Origin: Alphaproteobacteria bacterium
GTDB taxonomy: Bacteria > Pseudomonadota > Alphaproteobacteria > Rhodobacterales > Rhodobacteraceae
DNA length: 29,971 nt
Direction of reading: 5' to 3'
Assembly: GCA_013151535.1 (NCBI GenBank)
Contig: JAADIC010000155.1
Span: 1 to 29,971 of the forward strand
Shown here in pieces: positions 26,957-29,971 of this stretch (positions are counted from its first letter, which is position 1; the number at the start of each line of letters is the position of its first letter). Under the pieces are notes generated by a model that was not told where the DNA came from, made no database searches, and worked only from the letters and a program-made list of their open reading frames with translations. The position numbers and the translations under genes were made by a program.

Positions 26957-27733
26957 ATGAGCATTGATGCCTGCGCCGAAAAAGTCAGGCGAGGCGATCC
27001 CGACCGTTTTGCCACCGCCCTTATCGCCCCACCGGAAATGCGCAGCCGCCTGATGGTGCTTTACGCCTTCAACCTTGAGATCGCGCGGGCACCTTGGGTG
27101 ACCAACGAGCCGATGATCGCCGAGATGCGCCTGCAATTCTGGGCCGATGTGATAGACGAGATCGCGGACGGAAAGCCTACCCGCAGCCATGAGGTAGCCG
27201 GGCCGCTGGCTGATCTGGTGCAGGCGGCGGTTCTGCCGGTGGCGGATTTGCACGCCATGGTTCAGGCGCGACGTTTTGACATTTACCGCGAGCCGTTTCA
27301 GGACGCGGCGGCGCTTGTCACCTATACGCGCGCCAGCGCTGGCAGCCTGATGTGGCTGGCGGCCCGGGCGCTGGGCGCGGATCGGAATTGCCGCGACCTG
27401 GTTGCGGATTTTGGCGGCGCGACCGGGGTGGCCGGATTGCTGCGGGCCAATGCCGAGCTTGCACGGCGCGGGCATGTGGTTTTGCCGGATCAAACCCATC
27501 CCGCAATTGCGCAACTTGCCAATGGGGCATTGAAAAGTTTACGCCATGCCCGGCTCGACCGCCGCAGGGTGCCAAAATCGACTCTCGCAGCCCTGTTGGC
27601 AGGGTGGCAGGCTGACGGAATATTGAAGCGCGCGCGCAACTCGCCGCAAGTGGTGCTGGACGGTACGCTGGAGGCTTCGGAATTCGCCAAGCGAAGCGGG
27701 CTTGTCTGGCGTTCAGTCGTGGGCCGTTGGTGA
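26957..27733 (+). CDS. Squalene/phytoene synthase family protein (NDUFAF6-like subgroup)
   Basis: DPDRF...LYAFNLEIAR...AEMRLQFWADVIDEI. All-helical isoprenoid-synthase pattern with degenerate DDxxD motifs. Confidence 0.85.
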   Translation: MSIDACAEKVRRGDPDRFATALIAPPEMRSRLMVLYAFNLEIARAPWVTNEPMIAEMRLQFWADVIDEIADGKPTRSHEVAGPLADLVQAAVLPVADLHAMVQARRFDIYREPFQDAAALVTYTRASAGSLMWLAARALGADRNCRDLVADFGGATGVAGLLRANAELARRGHVVLPDQTHPAIAQLANGALKSLRHARLDRRRVPKSTLAALLAGWQADGILKRARNSPQVVLDGTLEASEFAKRSGLVWRSVVGRW

Positions 27734-27748
27734 AACCAGCTATCGAGG

Positions 27749-28966
27749 CTAAATCCGGTTGACCTTCTGATACCGCATCAACCAGATCAACGCGCCACCG
27801 GCCAGCGCCAGAAACGGCACCATCGCGTAATTCACCGAGTTCCAGCCATCGGTCACATTACCGCCCGAACAGTTCATCAACAAGCCCGATGACAGGGACG
27901 CGACGGTCACCATGCCAAACACGATCATATCATTGATGCCCTGAATGCGGCCCCGCTCCTCGATTGTATGGGCCGAGGACAGCAGCGTGGACGCGCCAAT
28001 AAAGCCGAAATTCCAGCCGATGCCCAGCAGTATGAGGGCGACATAGAAATTCATCAACTGCACCCCGGCAAGCGCCACCAGCCCGGCCCCGGCCAGAATA
28101 ACCAGCCCGATAGTCATGATTTTCAGCACGCCAAAGCGCAGGATCAGATGGCCGGTAAAGAACGATGGTACATACATCGCCAGCACATGGCCCATCACCA
28201 CATTGGCGGCCTGACTTTGCGCGTAACCAAAGCCGACGACAGCCAAAGGGGTCGAGGTCATGACCAGATTCATCAGCGCGTAAGACACCATCGCGGCCAC
28301 GATCGCCACGATGATAATTGGCGATTTCAGCATCTCCATCCGGCTGCGGCCATGAACCGTGCCGGCCACAGGTTTGGGCGGGGTCGGGATGTCGAGGAAC
28401 AGAAACAGGATTGCGCCAAAGACATTGAGGCCGATCACTGCCAGATAGGTGCCCAGAAACGGCACCGATGCCGCATCCGATGTCAGGGTCGAAAGCTGCG
28501 GGCCGATCACGGCTGAGGCCAAACCGCCCGCCATGACGTAAGACATCGCCTTGGGGCGAAACGCCTCGCTTGCGGTGTCAATGGCGGCAAAGCGGTAAAA
28601 GCCGTGCGCCGACATATAAATGCCGGTGAAATATGAGCCGAGCAGGAACAGCGGAAACGACGATACCGACAGTGCATAAGCCGCGATGGCGGCCCCAATG
28701 GCGCCGCTGGTCACGCCGCAAAAGAAACCGGCCTTGCGCCCGAACCTCTGCATCAGGGCCGACATCCACGGTGCCGTGGTCATGGAGCCGAACACGATCA
28801 TGGAAATCGGTAATGTGGCCCAGCAGACATTGCTGGCCAAAGATTGCCCGGCCAACCCGCCAAGCACAAAGATCATCGGCATCTGCGCCCCGATCAGGGC
28901 CTGGGCCAGAACCAGTACTTTGACATTGCGAATGGCGCGCGTGTTTGGGTGTGCGATATCAGTCAT
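27749..28966 (-). CDS. MFS transporter
   Basis: About 12 hydrophobic segments, motif-A-like MQRFGRKAGF and ILRFGVLK, YRFAAID. Start MTDIAHP at ATG 28966. Confidence 0.92.
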   Translation of the reverse strand: MTDIAHPNTRAIRNVKVLVLAQALIGAQMPMIFVLGGLAGQSLASNVCWATLPISMIVFGSMTTAPWMSALMQRFGRKAGFFCGVTSGAIGAAIAAYALSVSSFPLFLLGSYFTGIYMSAHGFYRFAAIDTASEAFRPKAMSYVMAGGLASAVIGPQLSTLTSDAASVPFLGTYLAVIGLNVFGAILFLFLDIPTPPKPVAGTVHGRSRMEMLKSPIIIVAIVAAMVSYALMNLVMTSTPLAVVGFGYAQSQAANVVMGHVLAMYVPSFFTGHLILRFGVLKIMTIGLVILAGAGLVALAGVQLMNFYVALILLGIGWNFGFIGASTLLSSAHTIEERGRIQGINDMIVFGMVTVASLSSGLLMNCSGGNVTDGWNSVNYAMVPFLALAGGALIWLMRYQKVNRI

Positions 28967-29034
28967 AGAACATGACCTATCTCGGCAAATCACCGCTGCC
29001 AAGGGCTAATTGACAGGGTCAATCAATATGCGCG

Positions 29035-29971
29035 CTAGACCCGGTCGATCACATGCGCGAACGAGCCGGACACGCGGCCGTTGACAAGGCCCATATCGGG
29101 CAGGGGGTCGCCCTCGGCGTTTTGGGCTTTGAACAGGGGCGCGCCCTTGCTTTGGATCGTGCTGGCATAGTGAAACTCATGCGCCGTCAATTCACCGGAA
29201 AACGGGCCGCCCAATGGGCTGAGATGGCGGTATCCGAGGTGCAGCCTGCGTTTGGCAAAACTGGTTTCAAGCGCCAGCAACCCGGCCATGGCGTGCCTTT
29301 TGCCATCGGCGTCAATCAGGCCGTCGCCCAACACCATATAACCACCGCATTCGCCATAGATCGCGGCGGTTTTCGCCGTGTGGCGAAGCCCGTTCAGAAA
29401 ATGCGCATTTGCTGCCAGACGACCGGCATGCAGCTCGGGATACCCACCCGGCAGGAACACCAGATCGCAATCCGGCGGGGCCTGATCGTCGAGGGGCGAG
29501 AAAAAGCTGATCTCGGCCCCGGCTTTGCGCCAATCCGCCAGCAGATGCGGATAGGCAAAAGCAAAGGCCGCATCCCGCGCGATTGAAATGCGCTGGGCGG
29601 GGGGCGTGAAAGCAGGCGTGCTGACGGGCGCGGGCAGGGGGGCTGCCAGCGCCAGCAGCCGATCCAGATCAAGACAATCGCTCACGATATCCGCCACCCG
29701 CTCCAGATATTCCTCAAGATCGGGCCGCTCGCTGGCCTGCACCAGCCCCAGATGGCGCGACGGATGTTCCAGCCCGCTTTGGCGGCGCACCGCCCCCAAA
29801 ACCGGCAGGCCCGAGCCCGCAAGCGCGCCTGTCAGCATTGCTTCGTGGCGCGCCGATCCGGTGTTATTGAAAATCACCCCGACCACGCCCACGTCATTGC
29901 GGTGATTGGCGAACCCCTCAACCACCGCCGCCACCGATTGCGATTGTTTGGCGGTGTCAAGGATCAGAACC
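29035..29971 (-). CDS. cobB: Cobyrinate a,c-diamide synthase (5'-truncated by window edge)
   Basis: Frame open from the edge (VLILDTAKQSQSVAAVVEGF). GVIFNNTGSARH, SRHLGLV, AFAFAYPH, FLPGGYPELHA, YGECGGYMVLG, HEFHYA, GSFAHVI. Confidence 0.95.
   Translation of the reverse strand, partial: VLILDTAKQSQSVAAVVEGFANHRNDVGVVGVIFNNTGSARHEAMLTGALAGSGLPVLGAVRRQSGLEHPSRHLGLVQASERPDLEEYLERVADIVSDCLDLDRLLALAAPLPAPVSTPAFTPPAQRISIARDAAFAFAYPHLLADWRKAGAEISFFSPLDDQAPPDCDLVFLPGGYPELHAGRLAANAHFLNGLRHTAKTAAIYGECGGYMVLGDGLIDADGKRHAMAGLLALETSFAKRRLHLGYRHLSPLGGPFSGELTAHEFHYASTIQSKGAPLFKAQNAEGDPLPDMGLVNGRVSGSFAHVIDRV

Noticed and set aside
29030-29041. GGTCTAGC at the cobB stop resembles the octamer unit
   Set aside because: Single copy with a mismatch; any TAG stop preceded by C gives this.
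1-29971. tRNA, rRNA, known riboswitch, integrase or transposase genes
   Set aside because: No T-loop GTTCRA cloverleaf or recognisable ncRNA in any intergenic gap, and all long ORFs are accounted for. An Infernal/Rfam scan would be needed to exclude small RNAs.

Overview
Core chromosomal housekeeping region of an alphaproteobacterium, about 60% GC by eye. Gene order and the GTTC-N7-GTTC SOS boxes point to Rhodobacteraceae/Roseobacteraceae. Order: 5'-truncated outer-membrane beta-barrel-like gene, short MprF-like gene, purB, bioY, gltA, gltX, comEC, lexA, moeA-moaC-trpC-trpD-trpG, divergent polysaccharide deacetylase-like gene, trpE, ppiD, ICL/PEP-mutase-family gene, PLP aminotransferase, cysS-cimA, alpha/beta hydrolase, squalene/phytoene-synthase-like gene, MFS transporter, 5'-truncated cobB. 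No rRNA, tRNA, CRISPR array or transposase was seen. Strongest signals: (1) an unannotated 14-codon uORF MRTCTPICGTCIIC (4 Cys, 3 Ile, 3 Thr) starting at the predicted transcription start of cysS-cimA and embedded in a terminator-like fold, a candidate Cys plus Ile/Thr-sensing attenuator; (2) cysS runs in frame into cimA (998 aa) with the CysRS C-terminal tail missing and a compositionally foreign anticodon-binding segment; (3) two arrays of the same GGGCTAGC octamer, 16 kb apart and in opposite orientation, in which every copy keeps a stop codon. All counts were made by hand; no searches were run.
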